The notes beneath the pieces are model-generated. The model saw nothing but the letters and a program-made list of their open reading frames with translations, ran no database searches and was not told the DNA's origin. The translations under genes were made by a program, and so were the position numbers. Shown piece after piece: positions 31,243 to 42,300 of a DNA stretch of 64,000 bases (the stretch's first letter is position 1; each line of letters opens with the position of its first letter). The stretch lies in contig JBAYVD010000011.1 of assembly GCA_041674745.1 (NCBI GenBank), positions 62,216 to 126,215 of the forward strand. The letters run 5' to 3'. The stretch comes from Crocinitomicaceae bacterium (GTDB lineage: Bacteria > Bacteroidota > Bacteroidia > Flavobacteriales_D > Crocinitomicaceae).

Positions 31243-31316
31243 CATCCCGATGGGATTCCTATTACGATTGATTTTCTTCAGATTAGCGACATTTCATCAC
31301 GATGTGATTTCATTTT
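31243..31316. repeat. Two hairpin-repeat copies downstream of the Y1 transposase gene
   Basis: CATCCCGATGGGATT at 31243-31257 and a degenerate ATTTCATCACGATGTGATTTCATTTT at 31291-31316. Confidence 0.75.
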
Positions 31317-31433
31317 AAACTAGAATTTGATTCGTTTCACCTTAGATTGGAATTTGATAGATACTTAAGTTATTGAACCTCCTATTTTCAAATCTTTCCT
31401 TAACTTCGCCACTCAAATAGATATTTAGCGAAT

Positions 31434-32825
31434 ATGAATTACGATATTATTGTCATAGGAAGTGGACCAGGTGGATATGTAACTGCCATTCGTGCCGCGC
31501 AATTGGGTTTGAAAACGGCAATTGTAGAAAAAGAAAATCTTGGAGGAGTTTGTTTGAATTGGGGTTGTATCCCAACAAAAGCATTGTTAAAAAGTGCCAA
31601 CGTTTTCGAATACATCAACCATGCAGCTGATTATGGAATCAAAGTGGCGGCACCAACTGCTGATTTTGGTGGAATGGTCAACCGAAGTCGTGACGTAGCC
31701 GGCGGTATGAGCAAAGGTGTTCAATTCTTGTTGAAAAAAAACAAAATTGACGTTTTGATGGGTACTGGTGTTGTGAAACCTGGTAAAAAAGTAGCGGTTA
31801 CAGATGCGGATGGCAAAGTAACGGAGTACGCAGCTGACAAAGGTTTGATCATCGCTACTGGCGCTAGAAGTCGTCAATTGCCAAACTTACCACAAGACGG
31901 TGAAAAAATCATTGGTTACCGTGAAGCAATGACATTGAAATCACAGCCGAAAAAATTAGTTGTGGTTGGTTCAGGTGCTATCGGTGTTGAGTTTGCTTAT
32001 TTCTACAACGCGATCGGAACAGAAGTTACAATCATAGAATACATGCCAAACATCGTTCCGATTGAAGACATTGAAGTTTCAAAGCAATTGGAAAAATCTT
32101 TCAAAAAAGCAGGAATCAATGTGATGACAGGTTCATCTGTTGAATCGGTTAGCACGAAAGGTAAAGGTTGTGTTGTAACCGTAAAAACAGCAAAAGGAGA
32201 AGAAAAAATCGAATGCGATGTTGTTCTTTCTGCCGTTGGTATTGAGGCCAACATTCAAAATATTGGTTTGGAAGAAATGGGAATTGTAACGGATAAAGGT
32301 CGTATTCTTGTAAACGATTTCTACCAAACAAACATTCCAGGCTATTATGCAATCGGCGATGTAATTCCAACTGCTGCTTTGGCACACGTTGCTTCTGCTG
32401 AAGGTATTATTTGTGTTGAGAAAATAGCAGGACACAATCCAGAACCATTGGATTATGGAAATATCCCAGGATGTACTTATGCTTCTCCTGAAATTTCATC
32501 CGTTGGAATGACAGAAGCACAGGCGATCGAAAAAGGATTCAAAATCAAAGTAGGTAAATTCCCATTCTCAGCTTCAGGTAAAGCAAGTGCTGCCGGAGCA
32601 AAAGATGGATTTGTGAAGTTGATTTTCGACGAACAATACGGTGAAGTTTTAGGTGCACATATGATTGGCGCTAACGTAACTGAGATGATTGCTGAAATCG
32701 TTGCGATTCGCAAACTGGAAACAACCGGTCATGAGTTGATCAAAACAGTTCACCCGCATCCAACCATGTCGGAAGCGATCATGGAAGCGGCAGCGGCAGC
32801 TTACGGAGAGGTGATTCACTTGTAA
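31434..32825 (+). CDS. lpdA: Dihydrolipoyl dehydrogenase
   Basis: YD..VIGSGPGGY..A.RAAQLG, the redox-active GGVCLNWGCIPTK, GDV and HPHPT.SE. Confidence 0.92.
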   Translation: MNYDIIVIGSGPGGYVTAIRAAQLGLKTAIVEKENLGGVCLNWGCIPTKALLKSANVFEYINHAADYGIKVAAPTADFGGMVNRSRDVAGGMSKGVQFLLKKNKIDVLMGTGVVKPGKKVAVTDADGKVTEYAADKGLIIATGARSRQLPNLPQDGEKIIGYREAMTLKSQPKKLVVVGSGAIGVEFAYFYNAIGTEVTIIEYMPNIVPIEDIEVSKQLEKSFKKAGINVMTGSSVESVSTKGKGCVVTVKTAKGEEKIECDVVLSAVGIEANIQNIGLEEMGIVTDKGRILVNDFYQTNIPGYYAIGDVIPTAALAHVASAEGIICVEKIAGHNPEPLDYGNIPGCTYASPEISSVGMTEAQAIEKGFKIKVGKFPFSASGKASAAGAKDGFVKLIFDEQYGEVLGAHMIGANVTEMIAEIVAIRKLETTGHELIKTVHPHPTMSEAIMEAAAAAYGEVIHL

Positions 32826-32845
32826 TCCAATTTAAACTATATTTC

Positions 32846-32879
32846 AAAGCCGAATTTCAAAAAAGAAGTTCGGCTTTTT
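32846..32879 (+). terminator. Rho-independent terminator of lpdA
   Basis: AAAGCCGAA-loop-TTCGGCTTT followed by Ts. Confidence 0.6.
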
Positions 32880-32943
32880 AGCTCTTACCAACACAGGATC
32901 CCAACTCCATCGAATATTTATCAAAACCAAAACATTTATTTTC

Positions 32944-32951
32944 TACTTTTG
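32944..32951 (+). promoter_or_regulatory. Candidate -7 box TACTTTTG
   Basis: Matches TAnnTTTG 47 nt upstream of the ATG at 32998. No clear -33 TTG. Confidence 0.3.
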
Positions 32952-32997
32952 AAACGTGATCGATTTGAAATTGTCAAAATAATTTCCAGCATTCTAT

Positions 32998-34140
32998 ATG
33001 CCAAAATTGAAGTATATTTTTCTCTTGTTGCTTTTCTCCTTAGGCATCAAAGTAGTTTATTTAATTGTCAATGTTACTTTTGCTGAGGAACCTCTCTACG
33101 GAAATGTGTACGAAAAGTATATCCAAACCACAAGAAAATATGATGCTTACTGGTATCAAAAAATTGCGGAAAATGGTTACCCAATCGTCACAAAGAAAAT
33201 CGATTTAGGGTACGCCAACGCCAAAGATTTCAAACAAAGCGAATGGGCATTTTTCCCGCTTTATCCCAAACTACTGGCTGGAATGAAAAATGTGTTGGGG
33301 ATGGGTTATGCTTCCGCCGCATTTGTACTCAGTCTATTGTTTTCATTTCTTTCCATGCTTGGCATGTTTTGGTTTGGTCTTCTATTTCTAAAAAATGAAC
33401 AAAATGCCTTGTATGCCACCGTACTTCTTTTTTGCTTTCCATTTGCCTTTTATTTTTCCATGTTTTATACTGAGGCGCTCTTCTTCACTTTTCTGATTTT
33501 CAGTTTTATTGCTATTCATTTCAAAAGACAAGTACTCCTGTCTTTTTTAATAATTCCTTTGATTTTGTTGCGCCCTAATGGATTGTTCTTATTAATACCT
33601 TTGTTTGTTTATTATTTGGAACAAAATAATTTATTGGTTAAATGGAAATTAGATTGGCAAAACGTAAAGTCAAAAAAAACAATCCTCACTTCTTTGGCCT
33701 TTTTAACGGGTCCAATCGCCTTCCTTCTTTACTGTTATTACCAATACAAAATGACTGGTTTCCCTTTTGCATTCAGCATTGCTCAAGCCGGTTGGTACAG
33801 AGAATTCATGTTTCCCCTACTCGCATTTTTTAGAAAAGGCGATTTGGCCACCCAATTCAATTCCATATATTCCATATTCGCTATACTTTTTGCCTTTTCT
33901 ATCCGAAAAAAGTTACCAATCAGCTTAAATCTTTTAATTTGGATTAGTCTGATTCTCCCACTCTGTTCCGGATCGGTTACCTCCATGACTCGTTTCATTT
34001 CCATTATTTTTCCTTTTTTTTTAGTTTTAGGAAAACAAATTGCGATGTCAAATAAAAAATATTTGTGGCTCGTGATTTTACTCGGATTTCACTTACTAAC
34101 TTTCGTTACCTGGGTGCAAAATTTAGTGATAAGCAACTGA
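32998..34140 (+). CDS. Polytopic membrane glycosyltransferase-like protein (PIG-V/mannosyltransferase-like family)
   Basis: YDAYWYQKIAENGYP ... EWAFFPLYP followed by about 9 hydrophobic helices. This pattern is typical of bacterial 'mannosyltransferase family' proteins. Confidence 0.55.
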   Translation: MPKLKYIFLLLLFSLGIKVVYLIVNVTFAEEPLYGNVYEKYIQTTRKYDAYWYQKIAENGYPIVTKKIDLGYANAKDFKQSEWAFFPLYPKLLAGMKNVLGMGYASAAFVLSLLFSFLSMLGMFWFGLLFLKNEQNALYATVLLFCFPFAFYFSMFYTEALFFTFLIFSFIAIHFKRQVLLSFLIIPLILLRPNGLFLLIPLFVYYLEQNNLLVKWKLDWQNVKSKKTILTSLAFLTGPIAFLLYCYYQYKMTGFPFAFSIAQAGWYREFMFPLLAFFRKGDLATQFNSIYSIFAILFAFSIRKKLPISLNLLIWISLILPLCSGSVTSMTRFISIIFPFFLVLGKQIAMSNKKYLWLVILLGFHLLTFVTWVQNLVISN

Positions 34141-34314
34141 AAGACATAATACTAACAATTGTTAGTATTCAATGGATAAGATGTATAATTGTTAAACATT
34201 TCACATGTGGATAAAAAATTCATGTCCAGTTTCTTAAAACCGCAATTACTCTTTACTTTTACATGCAACTTATTAAAAAACTTCTGCGTCTAATCCAGAG
34301 TAGAAAAAAATAAT

Positions 34315-34767
34315 ATGAATATGATAATTAAAACTATGAGATTTTCACTTTTTCTTTTCTCGATTGTTTTGTCCAGTTTCACTTGGGCTCAAAGCACCGG
34401 AAATTTATCGAATGAATGGCAATTGTTGAACGAACAAAGCGGCGTTCAAATTTACGGCAGGGTTCAGCCATGTTCCATGTCCAAAGATTTGAAAGCCCCT
34501 TTTGATATCGCTTTTTTGAAAATTGTCAATACGACAAATGAAGCGAAAGAAGTTTCGTACAATTTTGTGATTGAGTACACAGAAGGATGTCATGGATGTA
34601 ATGATGAATTGGAATCATTTTTTGTGCAAAAAATCCAAGCCAACTCAACGCTTCAAGAGGATTGTTCTTTCACGCAAAATGGTATGTCTCATATCATTAA
34701 AAATCCAAATTTCAAGGGTGGTTGGAATTTTACCAATACACGTATTACCAATTTAAAAATTGACTAA
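34315..34767 (+). CDS. Hypothetical secreted protein
   Basis: 150 aa with a signal peptide (FTWAQS), 10 nt upstream of a T9SS cargo gene. Confidence 0.5.
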   Translation: MNMIIKTMRFSLFLFSIVLSSFTWAQSTGNLSNEWQLLNEQSGVQIYGRVQPCSMSKDLKAPFDIAFLKIVNTTNEAKEVSYNFVIEYTEGCHGCNDELESFFVQKIQANSTLQEDCSFTQNGMSHIIKNPNFKGGWNFTNTRITNLKID

Positions 34768-34776
34768 AATCGAATT

Positions 34777-37509
34777 ATGAGAAAATTACTAGCTTTTTTA
34801 TTTGCTTGCACTATCCTCTTTTCGAGTAAGGTGAGCGCACAAGGTATTTGTTTAATTGACGTTTACCCAATGTATACAAATATCGTTTGTCCAGGTGACT
34901 CTGTTTTAATTTCAGCTGTTGGTGGATTGGTGGATTCAAGTCAAATTTTCGACTTTAATACCTCCGCTTTACCAGCTGGCTGGTCGGCTTCAGGAACCAC
35001 TTTTTTCTCCTCACCATGTATCGCAAGTTTGGACAATACACCCTATTATTGGGCAGCAACGAGTACTGGTATTCCAGGACTTACTACCGCTGCTTTCGAT
35101 GTTACTTGTGGGGGATTGATCAACTTTGAGATGGTATATGCCGTTCAGGGCGGGACTACGCCATGCGAAGGCCCGGATCAATCAAATGAGGGCGTGAGTC
35201 TTCAATACAGTTTGGATGGTGGTTTGACTTGGATTGATATCATCTATTACAGTCCTGGAGGATTTACCCTTCCGACCAACCCAATGACTGTTTCACCTGG
35301 ATACTCAGGAGCGACAGCCTATACGTCTTGGAATTCATTCCAAGTTGCTATTCCCGCTGGAGCATTAAGTACAAGTACTATGTTCCGTTGGACCCAGTCT
35401 ACGACTTCTGGTTCTTGTTGTGATAACTGGGGAATTGACAATATCGCCATTAATGCAACAGGGGCACCTTGTGGTACGAATTCAGTTATTAACTGGAGTA
35501 CTGGATTAATGGACACGACTTCTTTCTGGATGGTTCCAACGGGTGACACTTCTTTTGTAGCTTATGTTTACGACACAACGGGGGTTTTACAATGTACATC
35601 TGACACGGTTTACGTTAATTTGTTCAACGGTGCATTTTCCTATAATTTACCTGCTTCTGCAACTGTTTACTGTCCTTTGGCTACAACCACCGCATCCGTT
35701 ACAGGAATTACAGCTACTGCATCCCAACCAATTTCTTACAACTGGAGCTCGGGGAGCACTACAGCAACTGGATCACTTGCCGCCGGAGGAAATCCGCACG
35801 ATACAATAACGTATTATGTCGACGTCACCGACGGTTGTGGGTTCACGGTCACGGATAGTTTACTTCTGTATGTCAATCAATCGCTTACGATAGATACCAT
35901 AACGCATGTAGATCAATCCAATTGCAGTGCGAATGGTTCTGCCCATGTTGTGGTAAGTGGTAATCAAGGTCCTGTATCTTATAACTGGTCTGCCGCTCCA
36001 GGAGCGACGGGTAATACTTCTTCCATCTCCAGTAACATGAATGGTTTAAGTCCGGGATGGTATTATGTTACGGTTACAGACAACGTTTGTTCAACAAATG
36101 ATAGTGTTTACATTGATCACTTTGATGTGGATTTGTTCGACTTCAATCTTTTTGATACCATGACGGTTTATTGTCCAGGAGATTCAGCTTTGGCACAAAT
36201 TACAGGTATTGTTGGTGCAGTTGGTCCGATTTCTTACAACTGGTCCAATGGAAGCAGCACGATTTTCTCTTTCTTGAATTCAACGCCAACCGCTATTACT
36301 GATACGATTACATTTTATGTAACAGCAACAGAGGCTTGTGGATATATTGAAAATGATTCGATTGTTTTGGTTGTTTCTCAAATAGACAACTTAATGTATA
36401 ACTTACCAGACACGATAACCAAATATTGTCCATTTGAAACGGCCAGCGTTGGTGTTTCCGGAGTAACTGGAGCTTCCGCCCCAATAACCTATTTGTGGTC
36501 AAATGGTTCAACATTGAATACAACGACAATGACATCAACCGGCGCTGAACACGAGGAATTAACTTATTACGTTACCTTCCAGGATAAGTGTTTGCGCACA
36601 CGAACAGATTCTGTTATTTTCGTTATTGACAAAAAATTGAACATTGATCTTTTGACACAAACACCTTCGACAACTTGTCAACCTGACGGATCCGTAAATG
36701 CTGTTTTCTCAGGAGCGACGGGTTCACCAATTCTGTTGTGGCAAGATTCGATTGACCATGTTACACCAGGGATGGGTGGTTCAATTTCATCTAATCTTTG
36801 GAACAATATCACAGGTGGATGGTACTATTTCACAATTACGGACAACGTTTGTTTTGATGTAGATAGTATTCAAGTAGATATGCTCAACCCTCCATTGGCT
36901 GATTTCACTGTAAGCTCAAATGATGGCTGTGCTGGGATGTATGTAGACATTACCAATACTAGTCAAAATTGCACATATTACGAGTGGGACTTTGGTAATG
37001 GAAATACGTCAATCAATACGGATTTGACTGGCTCAACTCAACAATATTTTACTTCCGGACAAATAACGCTTTTGGCTTATTTGGACAATACAAAAACGTG
37101 TGGTACTTCTGCTACGCTCAATATCGATGTAGTCGTTTGCGGTTGTACTGATCCAAACGCGATGAATTACGATCCAACGGCAGTGATAAACAATGGCAGT
37201 TGTGTTTACCCAATTCCAGTTGTACAGGACCCGAATGTATTTACGCCAAACGGTGACGGTAAAAATGATTTGTTCTTCTTCGAAACTATCTATACGGTGG
37301 AATTCAAATTGACAATTGTGAACCGTTGGGGTAATGTAATGTACGACCGAACGCTTGATTACACTGTAGATTATCCTCAAGGTTGGGATGGTAAAACACC
37401 AAACGGAAATGAAGCAGGAGATGGTACTTATTTCTATAACTACGAAGCGATTGGCATCAATGGCGACACAGTTAAAGGAAAAGGATTTGTTCAATTGGTA
37501 AGAAACTAA
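34777..37509 (+). CDS. Cell-surface protein with T9SS type B (gliding-motility-associated) C-terminal sorting domain
   Basis: Signal peptide. MAM/choice-of-anchor-like N-domain (CCDNWGIDNIAI). Repeated SYNWS.GS / GWYYVTVTDNVC SprB-like units and a PKD unit. C-terminus FTPNGDGKNDLFFF....IVNRWGNVMY...WDG. Confidence 0.85.
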   Translation: MRKLLAFLFACTILFSSKVSAQGICLIDVYPMYTNIVCPGDSVLISAVGGLVDSSQIFDFNTSALPAGWSASGTTFFSSPCIASLDNTPYYWAATSTGIPGLTTAAFDVTCGGLINFEMVYAVQGGTTPCEGPDQSNEGVSLQYSLDGGLTWIDIIYYSPGGFTLPTNPMTVSPGYSGATAYTSWNSFQVAIPAGALSTSTMFRWTQSTTSGSCCDNWGIDNIAINATGAPCGTNSVINWSTGLMDTTSFWMVPTGDTSFVAYVYDTTGVLQCTSDTVYVNLFNGAFSYNLPASATVYCPLATTTASVTGITATASQPISYNWSSGSTTATGSLAAGGNPHDTITYYVDVTDGCGFTVTDSLLLYVNQSLTIDTITHVDQSNCSANGSAHVVVSGNQGPVSYNWSAAPGATGNTSSISSNMNGLSPGWYYVTVTDNVCSTNDSVYIDHFDVDLFDFNLFDTMTVYCPGDSALAQITGIVGAVGPISYNWSNGSSTIFSFLNSTPTAITDTITFYVTATEACGYIENDSIVLVVSQIDNLMYNLPDTITKYCPFETASVGVSGVTGASAPITYLWSNGSTLNTTTMTSTGAEHEELTYYVTFQDKCLRTRTDSVIFVIDKKLNIDLLTQTPSTTCQPDGSVNAVFSGATGSPILLWQDSIDHVTPGMGGSISSNLWNNITGGWYYFTITDNVCFDVDSIQVDMLNPPLADFTVSSNDGCAGMYVDITNTSQNCTYYEWDFGNGNTSINTDLTGSTQQYFTSGQITLLAYLDNTKTCGTSATLNIDVVVCGCTDPNAMNYDPTAVINNGSCVYPIPVVQDPNVFTPNGDGKNDLFFFETIYTVEFKLTIVNRWGNVMYDRTLDYTVDYPQGWDGKTPNGNEAGDGTYFYNYEAIGINGDTVKGKGFVQLVRN

Positions 37510-37529
37510 TCCGCTAACAAATAGTTTGA

Positions 37530-37566
37530 AAAGCGAGAATTCTTTATTGAATTCTCGCTTTTTTTT
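37530..37566 (+). terminator. Rho-independent terminator
   Basis: GCGAGAATTC-TTTATT-GAATTCTCGC followed by T8. Confidence 0.75.
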
Positions 37567-37670
37567 GTTCTAAGCGTTTAAAGCAATGTCTATCCCTAGC
37601 CGACGATGTATAAAAATTCGATTTAAGATGGTTGGTCAGAATGACAATTGCATCCATTTTCGTACCTTTA

Positions 37671-38471
37671 ATGAAATACAACTCCAAAATGGATATTAAA
37701 CTAGCTGTACTTATTGACGGCGACAACATACCTTCCGCTTACATAAGTGAAATGATGGAAGAAATTGCAAAATACGGCAATCCGACTATCAAGAGGATTT
37801 ACGGTGACTGGACCAAACCGCACTTAACGAAATGGAAAAATTTATTGCTCGAAAATGCCATAACCCCTATTCAGCAATATGGGTATACAACAGGTAAAAA
37901 CGCAACTGATTCAGCCATGATTATTGACGCCATGGATATACTGTATTCTGAAAAAGTGGATGGTTTTTGCCTCGTTTCAAGTGATAGTGATTTCACTCGT
38001 TTGGCTACTCGACTCCGCGAAGCAGGAATGAAAGTATTCGGAATTGGTGAACGAAAAACACCCAACCCTTTTATTGTTGCCTGTGATAAATTCATCTACA
38101 TAGAAATTTTAAAGAAACTACCACAAGAAAGCGAAACAGAAGACACAGAAGTAAAAACAGCCGAGAAAGAACCCGTTACACAAAAAGTAATACAGTTTAT
38201 CTCCAACAGTATTTCAGATTTGGCAGATGAAGACGGATGGGCTTTTTTAGGTGATGTGGGTGGCTTGTTGCAAAAAAAACAGCCCAATTTTGACGCGCGA
38301 AATTATGGTTTCTTAAAATTAACCCCTCTCATAAAATCCATTCCTCAATTTGAGGTAGACCAACGAGACAGTCAAAACGGTCGTTATAAACTCATTTATG
38401 TAAAAGTTGCTGAAAAGTTACAAGGCAACAAAAAGTCACCGATAAAAAAGACGATACGGAAAAATAAATGA
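37671..38471 (+). CDS. NYN (LabA/PIN-like) domain protein with C-terminal OST-HTH/LOTUS domain
   Basis: KLAVLIDGDN, RIYGDW, ATDSAMIIDAMD and LVSSDSDFT.LA..LRE.G..V.G.G define NYN. WAFLGDVGGLL....P.FDARNYGF.KL..L.KS...FEV defines LOTUS. The start could be 37671 or 37689. Confidence 0.8.
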   Translation: MKYNSKMDIKLAVLIDGDNIPSAYISEMMEEIAKYGNPTIKRIYGDWTKPHLTKWKNLLLENAITPIQQYGYTTGKNATDSAMIIDAMDILYSEKVDGFCLVSSDSDFTRLATRLREAGMKVFGIGERKTPNPFIVACDKFIYIEILKKLPQESETEDTEVKTAEKEPVTQKVIQFISNSISDLADEDGWAFLGDVGGLLQKKQPNFDARNYGFLKLTPLIKSIPQFEVDQRDSQNGRYKLIYVKVAEKLQGNKKSPIKKTIRKNK

Positions 38472-38947
38472 AGCCTTCGAGTTTAAAAGACATAAAATCG
38501 GATTTAAAAAATTGTTCCCAAGAGGAACTGTTGGAATTGACATTGCGACTCATCCGGTTTAAAAAAGACAACAAGGAGCTCGTTTCATATTTGCTATATG
38601 AATCCGAAAGCGACGATTTGTTCATCGAATGTGGCAAGGAAGAAATGAATGAAGCCTTTGCGCAAATCAATCGTTCCAGTTTTTTCTATATTCGAAAAGG
38701 CATCCGTAAAATTTTAGCCAATACAAAAAAGAACATTCGGTACGCTCAAAAAAAGGAAATAGAAATTGAACTCTTACTCCATTTTTGTAAATGTGTTCTG
38801 GAATTTAGACCCAAGGTTGAGCGCAACAAAGTAATCATGAATACGCTCGAAACGCAAATCAGAATGATTCGTAAAGGTATTCAAACCTTAAACGAAGATT
38901 TGCAACACGACTACACAGTACTACTGGAAGAACTTCTTGCTCTTTAA
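38468..38947 (+). CDS. Hypothetical helical protein, translationally coupled to the NYN-LOTUS gene
   Basis: 159-aa ORF whose ATG overlaps the upstream stop (ATGA). No family recognised. Confidence 0.5.
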   Translation: MKPSSLKDIKSDLKNCSQEELLELTLRLIRFKKDNKELVSYLLYESESDDLFIECGKEEMNEAFAQINRSSFFYIRKGIRKILANTKKNIRYAQKKEIEIELLLHFCKCVLEFRPKVERNKVIMNTLETQIRMIRKGIQTLNEDLQHDYTVLLEELLAL

Positions 38948-39382
38948 TGCCTAAAGGCCTTGAGAATTCACAAAATTGGATTGAATGCTGGCATTTTTTT
39001 CAATATAATATTTCCAATTCAAATGATTCGGCACTTTAGAGGAAATAACTCGGTATCCAAAGTAGGTGTGTTTTATAAAAAGGAAGTTCAACGTATCGAA
39101 AATTAATTGGGCGAATCGAACAAGAAAAATAGTCACCTAAAATCAGTTGCCAAAGTGCACAATTCAGCACAATTTGAATTGTTTCTCTACGCTTAAAATT
39201 CTGATTCAAATGGATATAAAATAACAAAAGTTTAGTATTATTGTAAATTGATTGTGAAAACGACAAACCAATTATTTCTCCGTTTGTCGACTATCTTGAA
39301 TGAACTTTTTAGAGTCGATTCAAGTCTCTACAAAACCGATTAAAAAGGTTGACTCTTCTTAAAATTCCAAAAAAATAATGCT

Positions 39383-42300
39383 ATGAAAAAAAGTCTACTA
39401 CTCAAACAATTGTTGATTATTTTCCTCTTTCCCTTTACATTTTTCGGGCAAGTCAATGATACAAGTTGGGTAAACATGATGGCTGACCCAGCTGCCAATT
39501 TCTATGATGTTCAAAATGCCTTCAATAACTATTGGCGAGATAAAACTATTGAAAAAGGAAAAGGCTACAAAACATTTAAACGCTGGGAAAATTACATGGA
39601 ACCACGCGTTTATCCAAGTGGTGACATTACACTTCCCTCGTTGGCTTATCCCAATTATCTAGATTGGATCGTTTCGTGTCAAAATGACTCTACACCAACT
39701 CCTTTAGCAAATTGGACGCCCGTTGGGCCCATTGGAGCACCCGTTGGAGGTGGTGCTGGAAGAATCAATTTTGTTCGATTCGACCCAACCAATTCTAACA
39801 CAATTTATGTTGGAGCCCCAGATGGAGGCTTGTGGAAATCTACAAATGGTGGAGTAAGCTGGACCACCAATACGGATCAGTTGACCGTCATTGGTTGCAC
39901 AGATATTGCCATAAATCCAGCCAACACACAAACAATGTACCTCGCAACAGGCGATGGTGAAGCGGGCGATTCTTATAGTATAGGTGTTTTGAAATCTATA
40001 GATGGCGGAGCAACTTGGAATACAACTGGTTTGACCTGGGCGGTTTCACTTGGACGAAGAATATCTAGGCTATTAATGCACCCAACCAATCCACTTATTT
40101 TGATTGCTGCTACAACCAATGGCATTTACCGAACCGCAGATGGTGGCACCACATGGACGCAAACGAGCACGGGTTCATTTAAAGATGCTGAATTTTCTCC
40201 AGGAACGGCTAATACAGTTTATGCAGCCGGTACAATATTTCAAAAGTCTACCGATAATGGAATTACCTGGTCAACGATTTCATCCGGTTTGCCTACTTCG
40301 GGTGTTCAGCGGATTGCCATTGCCGTTACCCCGGCCAACAATGCCTATGTATATTTATTGATTGGACAATCCTCTGATCAAGGGCTATTGGGTATTTATC
40401 GATCAACCGATTCAGGGGCCACATTTTCAACCCAAAAAGGACCAACTTCACCCAATTTATTGGGATGGAATGCCAGCGGAAGTGATTTAGGAGGTCAAGC
40501 CTTTTACGACTTATCCATTGCCGCATCTCCAACTGCCGCTAATACAATTATTGTCGGTGGAGTAAATACGTGGCGGTCAACAGATGGTGGTGTTACTTGG
40601 ACCCTCAATTCTCATTGGACGGGCAGCAGTGCTCCTTATGTGCACGCCGATTGCCACGCCATCGAATATTTGCCGGGTTCTTCAACCACTTATTTCATTG
40701 GTTGTGATGGTGGTATTTTCAAAACATCCAACTCGGGTACATCTTTCAGTGACATTAGTGCTAACTTGCAAATTGCACAACAATACCGTATTGGTTTGTC
40801 CTCAAACATTGCAGGTAAAATAGTTGCTGGACATCAAGATAATGGAACCAATTTATTAAATGGTGGGGGTTGGTCCCAAATTTACGGTGGCGATGGTATG
40901 GATTGCTTTATCGATCGAACGAATAACAATACGATATACGGTTCTTATGTTTACGGTGATTATTACAAATCTACCAATGGTGGTTCCTCTTGGACAACCA
41001 TTACAACCGGTTTACCTGGCGGAAGTTGGTTGTGCCCATACAAACAAGATCCCGTTGCTGTCGCAACACTTTATGCTGCCGGTCGAGCAGATCTTTACAA
41101 ATCTACCAACGGAGGAACAAGTTGGTCAGCGGTAGGAACGCCCTCAGGAACAAACAACGTTTTGGAGTTTGTTGTTTCACCGAGCAATAATCAAATTATT
41201 TATGCAGTCAAACAAAATGCAATTTCAAAGTCGTCCAATGGAGGAACTAGCTTTACAAATGTAACTGGAACGTTGCCAACTGGCACAGCCTCATTGACCA
41301 ATGTTACCGTTTCAAGTACAGACCCCAATATTGTGTGGGTCACTTTTTCTGGTTATTCTGCCACTACGAAAGTATTTAAATCAACCAATGGTGGAACCTC
41401 GTGGGTAAACACAAGTACGGGATTGCCAAACGTTCCTTGCAATACGATTGTTTACCAAAATGCGGCAGCCAACGATGTGGTTTATGTCGGCACGGATGTT
41501 GGCGTATTTTTCATGGACAATACGATGAGTTCTTGGGCCAATTACATGCCAGGTTTACCAAGAGTATCCATTAGTGACTTAGAGATTTACTATCCCACTT
41601 CCAAAATACGAGCAGGTACATTTGGTCGTGGGACTTGGGAAAGCGATCTAGCCAGTACGAGCACCTTCCCTCCAATTGCAGATTTCACTTCCCCCCAAAC
41701 CGTTTGTTTAGGAAACACCGTTGCTTTTACGGATGGATCCTTGTTTGCTCCTACTGCTTGGACCTGGACTTTCCCTGGTGGAACGCCTTCAACGTCTACA
41801 GTTCAAAATCCAGTCATAACTTACTCTACTGCTGGAATTTACGATGTAACCTTGGCCATATCGAATGCGAATGGCGCAGACACAATCGTGAAACTAGCTC
41901 ACATAAGCGTTTTGGCTGGATCTGGCTCCACCCTTCCATTAACGGAAGGTTTTACTACCGCAACTTTTCCTCCAACCAATTGGTCGGTTGTGAATGCAAA
42001 CAATTCTTCCACATGGGTGCGAAGTTCTACAATTGGCACAGCTCCAACCGCGGGTAATTCGATGCTATTTGACAACTATAATATCAACGATTCGGATGAT
42101 GACGAAATGCATGTCCAACCGGTCAGTTTATTGGGACTAAGCGATGCTAAATTGACTTTTGATGTAGCGTATGCACCATATAATACTGTGAATTTTGATG
42201 GATTGGATGTATTAGTTTCTACCGATTGTGGAGGAACTTTCACGACTATTTACTCTAAATCTAATTTGGTTTTGGCAACAGCGCCAGCTACTTTATCAAG

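Noticed and set aside
38951-39266. Two overlapping minus-strand ORFs (61 and 76 aa) in the 435-nt gap before the 1717-aa gene, possibly a frameshifted pseudogene
   Set aside because: I recognise no family signature and both are hydrophobic and low-complexity. Without a homology search I cannot support a pseudogene call.
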